From NCBI GenBank assembly GCA_002269645.1, contig NIVC01000409.1, forward strand, positions 124,001 to 188,000: 64,000 nt of DNA, in the 5' to 3' direction. The stretch comes from Macrostomum lignano. Its lineage: Eukaryota. The notes under the pieces were generated by a model. The model saw only the letters and a list, made by a program, of their open reading frames with translations, had not been told where the DNA came from and made no database searches. Shown piece by piece: positions 38,101-48,967 of this stretch (the first letter of the stretch is position 1; each line of letters starts with the position of its first letter). The position numbers and the translations under genes were made by a program.

Positions 38101-39768
38101 GCGATTCTTCCAGTGACTTAGGGGCGATTCTTCCAGTGATTTAGGGGCGATTCTTCCAGTGACTTAGGGGCGATTCTTCCAGTGACTTAGGGGCGATTCT
38201 TCCGGTGATTTAGGGGCGATTCTTCCAGTGACTTAGGGGCGATTCTTCCAGTGACTTAGGGGCGATTCTTCCGGTGATTTAGGGGCGATTCTTTCGGTGA
38301 TTTAGGGACGATTCTTCCGGTGATTTAGGGGTGATTCTTCCAGTGATTTAGGGGCGATTCTTCCAGTGACTTAGGGGCGATTCTTCCGGTGATTTAGGGG
38401 CGATTCTTCCAGTGACTTAGGGGCGATTCTTCCAGTGATTTAGGGGCGATTCTTCCGGTGATTTAGGGGCGATTCTTCCGGTGATTTAGGGGCGATTCTT
38501 CCGGTGATTTAGGGGCGATTCTTCCAGTGATTTAGAGGTGATTCTTTCAGTGATTTAGGAGCGATTGTTTCAGTGATTTAGAGGTGATTCTTTCAGTGAT
38601 TTAGGAGCGATTGTTTCAGTGATTTAGAGGCGATTGTTGCAGTGATTTAGGAGTAATTCTGCCGGTGATTTAGGGGCGATTCTTCCGGTGATTTAGGGGC
38701 GATTCTTCCAGTGATTTAGAGGTGATTCTTTCAGTGATTTAGGAGCGATTGTTTCAGTGATTTAGAGGCGATTGTTGCAGTGATTTAGGAGTAATTCTGC
38801 CGGTGATTTAGGGGCGATTCTTCCAGTGATTTAGGGGTGAATTCTTCCAATGATTTAGATAGAATTTCTACATTGATTTCAAGGCATTAAAATGGTCATA
38901 TCAAAAATATTTGCAGGATGGTTGTGGGCAACCCGACGTAACGCATTCAGCGACATCGTTTCACAACCGGCGCTGACGGCAATTCTGCCCATGCAAGCGC
39001 GCTGAGAATGTACTGTACAGACACGCTCTCATTACGCACGCTCACACAGACTTCTAATCATGCCTTGGGGATTGGCCCCTATAGCTGTGATTCGGAAGAC
39101 AACCCACCCGCCAATATGGTGTAGCCGCTCACGGAAACGAATCAGGTATTGTATTGCGAGAGGGCCAGATGCGTTTTACAACTGAGCTGCTCAAGCAAAT
39201 GCCAATTACACTATTCAGACAAATAGTGTTTACCTTCGCTATCCAGCAGCCAGGACAGCATACTCTGAGTAGTCTCAGAATTGTACAATTGCAGCATATC
39301 CGGATTAAGAGGATTATGATTGAGATTAAGCACCGTCAGTTGAAACAGGCGGCCCAATTGCATAGGCAAACATCTGATTTGATTGCACTGCAGGTGCAAC
39401 TCTTTTAATTCCGTTATTTCGCCAATTTCTGGCGGCAGGATTTTCACCATATTGTAGGACAGGTCGAGGTGAACAAGATTTTTCAGCTGAGCAATCTCAG
39501 GCGGGATTACGCTAATCCTGTTGTGCGACATGTACAGGTAGCGCAGAAACGACATCGAGCACAAGCCTTGTGGAAAGATCTTTACTCCGCCTAGAATTTC
39601 TAACTGATCCCAGCTGGCTTTCGAAGGTGATTGTTTCTCTTTCCGTTGTTGCAGACTTTGCTGCTTTTGCTGAGCGTTGTTGGTGCAACCATTTTCTTTG
39701 GCATCAAGGAAGTGCACCTGCCGACGACTGCTCATGTTTATCTCCCATAATTTGCGTTTTCTCTGCAT
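32144..39768 (-). CDS. CNOT6: CCR4-NOT deadenylase subunit CCR4/CNOT6 (LRR + EEP nuclease), ~590-600 aa
   Basis: Exons 39768-39234, 38035-37479, 34560-34263 and 32565-32144, GT-AG, in frame. LRRs (LYMSHNRISVIPPEI, LDLSYN); FTVMCYNVLC, YPYCPSWALQWEYR, LQEVE, SPKSRA, HIHWDPEYSDVKLIQ, CGDFNSLPDSG, VIDYIFF, PHISSDHFSL. The start could be the second Met (MSSRR). Confidence 0.96.
32670..33885. repeat. 23-bp intronic minisatellite (~52 units)
   Basis: GATTTAGGGGCGATTCTTTTGGT; CNOT6 intron 3. Confidence 0.97.
34610..37465. repeat. 21-bp intronic minisatellite (~135 units)
   Basis: AAACTACAAGAATCTCACATT; occupies almost all of CNOT6 intron 2. Confidence 0.98.
38045..38855. repeat. 23-bp intronic minisatellite, same family as 32670
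   Basis: GATTTAGGGGCGATTCTTCCAGT; CNOT6 intron 1. Confidence 0.97.
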
Positions 39769-39871
39769 CGCTTTTGGTTATATTTTGTTCTATATTTCTA
39801 CCTGAAGAGATTAGGACTTAAATGAATTAGTTTTACAACTGAAACTTACTCTGCCTATCTGAATCTTGATT

Positions 39872-40250
39872 TCTGGGCGATTCCTAAAGTGATCAATGGG
39901 CGATTCCTGAAGTGATCAATGGGCGATTCCTAAAGTGATTAATGGGCGATTCCTAAAGTGATTAATGGGCGATTTCTAAAGTGATTAGTGGGCGTTCCTA
40001 AAGTGATCAATGGGCGATTCCTGAAGTGATTAATGGGCGATTCCTAAAGTGATTAATGGGCGATTCCAAAGTGATCAATGGGCAATTCCTGAAGTGATCA
40101 ATGGGCGATTCCTAAAGTGATTAATGGGCGATTCCAAAGTGATCAATGGGCGATTCCTGAAGTGATCAATGGGCGATTCCTAAAGTGATTAATGGGCGAT
40201 TCCTTAAGTTATCAATGGGCGATTCCTTAAGTGATTAGTGGGCGATTCTT
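39872..40250. repeat. 23-bp minisatellite, diverged member of the same family
   Basis: GTGATCAATGGGCGATTCCTAAA; just upstream of the acceptor at 39802. Confidence 0.95.
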
Positions 40251-41665
40251 AACGTATTTTATTGCAAAAGAGCTAACGCTAAATTACAGAGGTCTACATC
40301 TATCCTGAAAAAAACAAAAATAAATATAATACTTTAACAGCTAATACTTTTTAGAAAGTTGCAATTATTTTTTATTTAATAATTTACTCACAATTATTTT
40401 CAGAGAACACAGTAAAACAAAATTATCTTCAAGTTTAATAATTAAGAAAAGGCATATCACCCAACCCGATGAAAACGGTACTTAGAAAAGAAGTAACTCT
40501 AGACGATTATAAAACCACGAGATGTCGCGATAAAAGTCGTCAAAGAGCCTTATAAGAGTCAATTTAGAGCGATTTATGGTCTGCGACACTGAAACGACTC
40601 TCGGCCGCCGCAGAGTGCGCGTCTAAAGTACATCTGCTTCACTTTATGAATTATGAATTAGAATCGCATTTCGCATTTATAACTCCATTTAGTCTACTGG
40701 AGTTAGTAGGAAGTTAATCGTCAACACAATGACTCTTAGACAAATTTTTCGTGACTATATTACGATTCTGCCACTCGCATGATATGCTTGTGATAGTGAG
40801 TTGTTTACACTGACTATTTAACTTGTACTTGTACTTATTAACAGTCGTGTCTATAGTGAAATTAATAACTTGAAAAGCAATTCAATATTATTGACAGCGA
40901 ATGAAATGCAGCCATGAAATCAGATACTTATGACAACAAGAACAGAACATGAATTTGAATGAATTTCTAGCCGTTATTAACAAACATTTCAGCCCAAATA
41001 AGATTTTACACAACAAAACTTCTACCAGAGGCTAGTTTATAAGTATTTCTGGCAAAATTTACAACTAAACTGATTTCATAAAAAATGCATTTAATGTTAT
41101 TGTTCAGCACTAAATATAGATCGTTTTATTCTTACCATTTGATGAACTCCGAATCGCATATTTTAGCAAGTAATTGCTGTGGACTGCGGTCTCACTCTGA
41201 AGCTACTACCAGGTAATTATTTTTTTATCGATTAAATATTGATAATAAAAAACTGCTAAGACGAGAAATCGAAAAAATTAATAAGTACAAACAGATTTCA
41301 CTGATTTGGTAGTTAAAACTAGAAGTCCACGCCTAAAGGCGGTTGCACCACAGACAGTCTTGAAACCAAGGACTACTAAAAAACACAGGACGCAGAACTT
41401 AAGCTTGGTAGAAATTTGTACCATTCTAAAATCAGCCATACTGCTTGCTGGCTTTGAAAAGTTATGTTATATTTTGCTTTTTTTCTGGTTTTACTTGCCT
41501 AAACTGAGATTCGGAAGTTCAAATGTACAGATTTTTCGTCAATGTCAATGCTTTAATTAAACTTTCCGAATGGATTCGTTCCATTCAGAATCTAGTTAAC
41601 TATTTCATGTATAATAGTAAACCACAGTTTAATTTAAATAACATTCCAATCGGGAAGTAACGGCA

Positions 41666-42382
41666 TCATTGAGACAGGTTGCTGTGCTGTTCAGACTGAG
41701 CCAATGCGGCGTAGAGTTGCCTGACATCGCCAATATGCAGCAGACAGCACTCAGTTGAGCAATATTCTCCATCCCATTGAGGATCATCAATTGACAGATT
41801 GCTGCAGCCATCTCTGGCGCAGAAACGTTTTGCTAGCGGTCTGGAATGCGGCTTGGCCCGAATGAACTGGGTTCTGGCAGCGGATTCATCGGTGTCTGTT
41901 GTTGAAATGTCAAGCTTTCTTTTGCCATTCAATTTGCTGTGACTGCTGTTGCTGCTTCTGCTACTGCTACTGCTGCTCACACTGCTCACACTACTGACAC
42001 TGCTAACTTCTAGATCTTCCCGATCTGTTGTTTTCTGCAACAATTTCTTCTTCTTTTCCTTCTTTTTGGTCTCCTTCTTTTGCTGTTTCTTTTGTTGCTT
42101 TTTCGGCTTAGAAGAAGACTTGTTATTTGATTTTTTAGCAGCCGCTGAAGAAGCCGATGCAGCTCCAGTTGCCATGGAGTCTGCAGTGACGAATGTCATG
42201 GAAGCTACAGGCTGATTTGACAAGCCTGAGAAACTGTGAAATCTCCACTGATCTCGCAGATCGGACATTTTCGGCTGAGAACTTCGTTTTGGCCGACTGT
42301 AAGCCAGGCCAACTGAGCGAACAATTTCAGCGGCGTCAACTGCTGCTGACACATTGATGGACAGTGGAGGGCCCTCTGTCAT
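41666..42382 (-). CDS. Lys/Ser-rich nuclear protein with a TOX4-type C-terminal Cys/His zinc module; no HMG box seen (~238 aa from the first ATG)
   Basis: CARDGCSNLSIDDPQWDGEYCSTECCLLH aligns without gaps to the TOX4 C-terminus as I recall it ([29 protein letters not shown], 15/29 identical). An acceptor CTTGCAG| at 42418 precedes an open frame, so upstream exons are possible. Confidence 0.7.
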   Translation of the reverse strand: MTEGPPLSINVSAAVDAAEIVRSVGLAYSRPKRSSQPKMSDLRDQWRFHSFSGLSNQPVASMTFVTADSMATGAASASSAAAKKSNNKSSSKPKKQQKKQQKKETKKKEKKKKLLQKTTDREDLEVSSVSSVSSVSSSSSSRSSNSSHSKLNGKRKLDISTTDTDESAARTQFIRAKPHSRPLAKRFCARDGCSNLSIDDPQWDGEYCSTECCLLHIGDVRQLYAALAQSEQHSNLSQ

Positions 42383-42849
42383 ACTGGATTCGATTATTTC
42401 CTTAAATTGCAACTTTTCTGCAAGTTGTAACTATCAGCAATTTGAAGCATGCATAAGTAAAGTGTTTGCTTAGTTTTGTTAATCTTGATAACAGATACCA
42501 CACATAACATTGATAATGTTTTGATAGTTCTACTCAATCTAATAAAAGCCACATTTTCAGGTTTAAAATAAAAATTTAATGAACAAAAGTGTTAGTAAGA
42601 TTTGACTCTTATTTTATTTTAACAAACAATCAGTAAGAGGTAATGCAAGTCTCTAGCCTATATTGTATCTAGCCTAGTCTGTAGAGCAAAAGTCACAAAC
42701 TTGACAACTTTTAAATTTGACAAGCTTAGCAAAACTTTAAGGACATTTATCAGCATATACTGGGCTTTATCCCTCCCCTTGCCAAATTTAGTGGATCTAC
42801 ACTGCCATTGTTAGACTGGCTATCTCTTTTGCTGGCTTTATTTGGAACA

Positions 42850-43850
42850 GTGCCCTAGAGGTAAAAGGGTTCTTAAGGCTCTAAATAGGGTGCAAGGCCA
42901 CACTTGTCAAGCTATCATAAGAGCGGCTCCCCCTATGCCCTTTGCTAGCATGAACTCTTTCCTGGACATTCCCCTTGACCTTTGTCAGAGGAGAAGCAAT
43001 GAAGACCACTTGCTGTCTGCTTGACATAGGTGTCCTAACTCAGAAGCAGTTTGCCTTCAGAAAGTGAAACCTCTGGCCACACAGTGACCATAGCCCGTGA
43101 GACCTAGAAGCAGCAAGAGGCTTGCTGACCCTCTAGGAGAGAATCCTATCTATGCTCTGCCCTCCACTCAAATTCAAAACCAGTATTCCACCACATCATG
43201 AAGTAAGGGACAACTGGAAACCCTGTAAAATCTACTGCTTCATTTATGGGTTCCAAAACAACTCTGCCTCTGGCTACAGCTACTGCATCATGTCTGGAGG
43301 GAGAACTGTGGCGACCTTCTCCTAGCACACTGGCACCTGCTTCACCATCTTCTAGAATGAAGTTCTTGCTATCAGCTCCTTCTGATGTATGCTATTGTAT
43401 GCTATGAAGCTATACAATCTACTTAGACAGTCAAGTGGCAATCCACACCTTTAAGTGTACCACCACCTGCTTGTGTACAGTCCTTGACTGCATTGGGTAG
43501 CTCAATTGCTTAGGCACCTCCAACAAGGTTTCCCTAGGTGTTTCTAGGCCTGAGAACCTCTACCAGCTTGTCTGCTACCTAAGGGCTACTAGACAAGCAA
43601 CAATATACCTCCTAGATTCTCTAAAGGAAGACCGCGCTGCAGACACTGGCACTACTGGAACTCCCTGTACAACACCACAGCATCAGCAGCCTGTGGTTGC
43701 AAAGGGTTAGCAAAGTGGGCAGCAATGCCTCCTCACTGTTCTGGACACACAGAGCCCCTGCAGCTAAGTCAAGTAAGTCAATCAGCATGTATTCATAAGT
43801 TTCATAAAACAGTTTGCAAATTAGTTTGCCACTTATAATCCCCATAACTA
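42850..43850 (-). mobile_element. Highly decayed gag-like remnant of an LTR retrotransposon (tentative)
   Basis: LLDLAAGA...EEALLPTLLT resembles a gypsy gag N-terminus, with a possible knuckle remnant CFS.DKG..ECP; many stops. Confidence 0.3.
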
Positions 43851-43935
43851 TTGTCATTTATTGATATTAGCATGCCAGAATGAAGTGACATTGGCTCTAT
43901 TCGATCCCAATAGTTAAAATGATATTTAGTTAATG

Positions 43936-44211
43936 TATACACATGCAACTGCTGGCCAACCTAGCTGATCTGGCCACCAAAAATTGTAGTGGACCAAGAG
44001 TAAGCTGCAAAAATGCCCACCTGAAAGAATACCAACGTAGTACAAATTAGATGACAAGGCATTTAGCCCTAATAAGACAGTCATAGATACTCCTGCTGTT
44101 TACCCAAAATGTGTTAATTTTTGCTTTAGGGTTTCATTCACAGTTAAGTCACATTTTTGGTCAAAAAGTAAGTCACATGGCCAGTGTAAATCAGGGGGTC
44201 GCGCATGAAGG
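43936..44211. mobile_element. 276-bp hAT-type MITE (same family as 52862-54624)
   Basis: 8-bp direct repeat AGTTAATG at 43928-43935 and 44212-44219; both ends align to the two ends of the 52862-54624 element in inverted orientation. Confidence 0.75.
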
Positions 44212-45299
44212 AGTTAATGCATTACTTAAAGAATTGAAAATCTTCAATTTGAACCACTAAAAATCAGTAAGAGTGCAAGATGCTTTGTGCCTTGGCTACA
44301 TTGAGTTTGCTTGACTTCTTATCATTTCTCTATGATTTTAATTAATAAATTGTTTTTTTTTAATTTACAAGAGGTTATAGGTAAAGTTTCAGCTCATTTG
44401 GACATTTCCAATATTTATAGTACATAGTATACAGTCTACAAATTGCAATATCCGTCATATCATTATTGATATATTTTGTTTCTGAAAAAGAACATCAAGA
44501 ATAAGACTTTAATGACTATTTTGACTCTTGATACTATTAGATGAATTATGCTATTATTCATATGGTAGTTTATAATACTTATATATTTAGCCATCTATTG
44601 CTATTATAATTTTTCATTAATAGCTAAGTTTTATATAAAAACTGCAGTAAAATTAACATTACAAAAAAACACAATTGTTTCCTTTTGTTCATACTTTAAA
44701 ACAGTTATTATCAGAAAATTAATGAGACAATTTAAGTTGCCCCATATTGAAAATGGTTTTATGAGTAGTGACATTCTAATTTTAAATAATTTCTATTTTA
44801 GCTTTAGTGCAGCATTTTTAATTAAGCCCCAATCAGGGCCAAAACATTTGCTATTTTCTCACTTATAGGTGTCTATAGGTGTTATATTTGTAGTTCTTTT
44901 TAAAAAATGATATCAAAGATGCAAACCATCAATTTTCTTACAATTTAAATAATGGTTTTTTATAATCCTTGCAAGGTATCTTATTACTAATATTGGTTAT
45001 TACAGCAAATAAACTAAGAGCTAATTTGTTGAAAAACAAATAAAATAAAACTTGTACAACCACAAATATTAAACTTATATATTACTAGCAATCTAGCGCC
45101 CCCCTTCAGGGTGGCCAATAAGCAAGGGACGAATCCTTTAAAATGAAAAAAATTATAAGGGAGGGGGGCTAGGAATTGAATTCTCATTTTAATTCTGGGC
45201 TTATGCACCAATAAAACATGCTTGTGCAGAATTTTATAACAGACATTGAAATTCAACCATACTTGCCTTCTTTCAGAGCTACTTCTACCAGTACCCTTG

Positions 45300-45725
45300 T
45301 AAGCCTTGACATGTCAGCAATTCCCCCCACAAGCCTTAACATATCAACTCCCCCCTTGACATCTCAGCGATGCCCCCATAAGCCTTGAAATCTTAAAAAA
45401 TCTGTCTACTTTCTAACCCTAACCCTAACCCTAACCCTAACCTAAAGCATTGAAATTTCAGTAATTCTCTTTAAGAGTTATTATAGCACTACTACAGCAT
45501 TATAGCGATTCCCTGTAAGCCTTGACATCGTAGGGATTCCCAAATGAATCTCTTAACTTCAACATGAAGCTTCTTTTATTTTTTACATTATGCTTTTTCT
45601 ATCAGCGATCCCTCCCATGAGGAGCCAACAAATAATGTAATAACTTTTTTCCAATAAACTACATGTAGCTTCTGACATTAGCTTTGACATCTCAGTTATT
45701 ACCCCGTGAGCCTTGACATCTCAGC

Positions 45726-45774
<49 letters not shown>

Positions 45775-46260
45775 TCCCCTTGTAAGCCTTGACATGTCAG
45801 CGATGCCCCCCATAAACACTTGAAATCTAAAAAATCCCCTGTTAACCTTGAAACCCGCTAAAATCTAATCCTCAACCCAAACCTGACCTAAACCTAACTT
45901 TTACCCAACCTAAAGCCTTGAAATCTCAGCAATTCTTCTCCCCTAAGCCTTGGCATTTTAGTGATTCCTTCTTTAAGAATCACAGCACTATAACGATTCC
46001 CTCCTAGCTTTGACATCGTAGCAATTCCCAAATGAATCTTTTAACTTTGACATGACTTTTATTTTATGTATACATAGTGCTACTTTTATTTTTACATGAC
46101 TCTTCTTCTAATCAGTGCCCCCCCCCCACTGTGGTGAGCCAACAAAGAATACAATAAAAAAATTAAGTAAAGTACATATACTTTGAAGTAGCTTCTGACT
46201 TTTGCTTTAACATCTTAGACACCCCCTGTAATCTCAGTTATTGTCTGTGAGCCTTGACGT
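45300..46260. repeat. ~450-bp imperfect tandem duplication split by (AGAT)n (45725-45772); contains (CCCTAA)4-5
   Basis: AGCCTTGACATGTCAGC...CCCAAATGAATC...GAGCCAACAAA recurs at ~45300 and ~45785. Confidence 0.7.
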
Positions 46261-46399
46261 CTCAGTATTTCTCTCCAGCACAGCACTATAGCTTCATTTA
46301 ATTTTTACATTACACTTCTTTCATGTCTGAAATGACGGTTCTTTTGATTTTTACATTACGCTTCTTTTATTCTTCCATGAAGCTTCTTAATTTTTTAAA

Positions 46400-46640
46400 T
46401 AACACTTTCATTAGTTTTTATATGAGGCTTCTATGATTTTTTCATGACACTTCTATGATTGTTTACATGACGCTTCTATGATTGTTTACATGACGCTTTT
46501 ATGATTTTAACATGACGCTTTTATGATTTTAACATGACGCTTCTATGATTGTTTACATTACGCTTCTATAATTGCTTGCATGACGCTTCTATGATTTTTT
46601 ACATGACGATTCTATGATTTTTTACATGACGCTTCCATAA
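46400..46640. repeat. 22-23-bp minisatellite
   Basis: CATGACGCTTCTATGATTGTTTA. Confidence 0.85.
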
Positions 46641-47586
46641 TTTTTTTGTTGTCTTAGCGTTAAAAAGCTTTAATTAAAAAAACTCTACTCTCTAAAAATT
46701 CGAACCATTGTTCCTGCATTTAGCAGTTTAGTCTGTTTACCTCTAGGCTAGCTCTCAACGTTTTGATAACATGAATTTTAGCACTTATATATAATTCAAC
46801 AGTTTCAAAACTCTAAGCATAGAGTAAATCACACGAGGCAGTATGACATAATCAATTTCTCAGTCAGTCAGTATCAGTTAACAATATGGTTACGCAATCT
46901 AAATCAAGTCTGGTGCTACGCTTCCACACTGCATTTTCAATACTGTGATGCAATTCAAGTTGGAGTTACAATTCAGTTATGATGCAATCTATTTCAGAAT
47001 CAGAATTCAACCAGTCAGTTTTTTCTCTAGCATTCTTAAAATGCATTTCAAGTTGAAAAGTTTGCTTGACCTTTGCAAAAAAGCATGTTTTTCGAATATT
47101 TAATCCCTTTAGCATTTAGCAATTTCTTAGCCAAGATACATGTACCGTCCCGGGAAAATTTCTGATCGAACAGTGCAAATTCGAAAAAAATCGGTCAAGC
47201 CATTCAGGAGAAAATCAATTTCGTACAAACAAACAAACATCACATTTTTAGTATATGGAAATTCAAGCATACAAACCTTAGAGATTTAGTATATTTAGAA
47301 GATATGTCCAATAGTCAATAACAATATCTTCAAAAATGAAGCACTAGGCTGATTGTCTATATATTTGTTATAATTTAAATAGTCATTTTCCATCGTATTA
47401 GTTAACATTAGAAAGCAGAAAAAATTTCATTTTAAAACATAGGATAAATTTCCAAAACTCTTTTAATCCTTATAGCTCAAATCCAATTTGAATAGTCAAA
47501 TCAAAATTTTGGTAAACCATAGCAATAACCCTAAAAACAATGGGAATTTAAACCCTAAAATTATGTAAGAGCTTAGTGCCCTTAGG

Positions 47587-47638
<52 letters not shown>

Positions 47639-47809
47639 TGTATATAAATAATGTAATAATATATAATATATAAATAATAGCCATAAAAGCTTGCACTAGT
47701 GACTAATATAAATATCTATATAAATTATTTCCATAGCATACAGAATGATGACTCATTAAATAACTTTTATTAATTATTCCAATTCAAGTGTATGGCAAGT
47801 ATTAAAAAT

Positions 47810-48111
47810 AAAAATAAAAATAATAGATTATACCTTCTCTAATTGGGCCACATATACAACCAATAGCTTAGCCACAGCTATTGTGCAATGTATCTAAAGG
47901 TTGCATATGGCTATTCAATCCTAGGTCTAAGTAGTTACTATGTCCTCAATTATCCTAGCTAATGCTAGCACCCATTTTATAGCTAGGTGAACTGAAACAA
48001 TGCAGAATTAGGAGTCTTGCTCAAGTACACATTGTTCCAGTGGGATTAGGAATTAAACCCCTAACCTTCAAGTTGTGAGTCTGACATTCTAACCACTAGG
48101 CTACAACCCCC
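47810..48111 (-). mobile_element. tRNA-derived SINE, degenerate
   Basis: Minus strand GGGGGTTGTAGCCTAGTGGTTAGAATGTCAGACTCACAACTTGAAGGTTAGGGGTTTAATTCC (A-box and decayed B-box), followed by GTGTACTTGAGCAAGAC and CAGTTCACCTAGCTATAAAATGGGT, typical of SINE cores. Confidence 0.65.
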
Positions 48112-48967
48112 TTATACACACTTATGGCAGGCACTTAAAAATACAACTCTTGGAAATAGGTTTTTTGAAAATGGATGTTTGGCTAGTCACATTATTCTTA
48201 ATATATACTAAATCTGAACTTGGTTATTTTTATATGCTAGCTATATATATTATTGTTGGATTTGAAAAATTTTATATATGCCAAGATTGTCAATGAAAGG
48301 TAAAAATATGCTATAATTTTTTGGTATAAAGGCCACCTTCTAGACTATAGTAATTATATACAAAACAGGCCTATTTGACATTTCTATTTGGCAACTGTTC
48401 AAACTCATATCATATGAACAAATTAAGAATAAGAATAATAGAAAAATAGCTGTTTCTTTTCAGATAAAATGCTGATACAGGGCTGCTTAATAAGTTTGTG
48501 GAAAAAAATTTTTTTTTAGCTTTTACCTTAATTTTCTTGTATATACTCCCACATAATGAGACTTCTCAACATAGTTTCCAGACAGATTGATGCATTCCTG
48601 CATCCTATGGAACCATGCTGAAAAACAGTCCCTTAATTCCACCTGAGTGACAGCTTTTAGCTCCTTCTCTTTTAATGCCTCTTCAAGCTCTTTGCGCAAG
48701 AAAATGGTACAGTCTTTGCTCTTTGGCCACTCCTGATGGAACTCTAGCCCCTGGGGCAAGCAGACACTTGAGTACAATTGACCAGTCACTGTGGCACCTT
48801 CCTCAAGTAGAATAGGTGACAGGATGCTATACCACTAGAAGAAAACTGCTGTCATGACCTTGCCAACATTTCTCTCATGTAGGAATTTGATGGGGACATC
48901 TTCTTTGAAGGCAATCTACTGTCTGCTCTGGAATTTAGTCTCTGGGTCATAAAAGTAAACCTAAGTT

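Noticed and set aside
41180-41225. Slight resemblance to a flatworm spliced-leader RNA (CGGTCTC..GAAG..CAG|GTAAT)
   Set aside because: Match too short; exon does not end in ATG on that strand and no convincing Sm site or stem-loops.
45413-45443. (CCCTAA)4-5 interstitial telomere-like repeat
   Set aside because: Too short and embedded in a duplicated dispersed repeat whose second copy has a degenerate version; no evidence of a fusion site.
47130-47275. Helitron-like 3' segment (AAAATCGGTCAAGCC..ACAAACAAAC)
   Set aside because: Could not define a 5' end or the hairpin/CTRR terminus with confidence.
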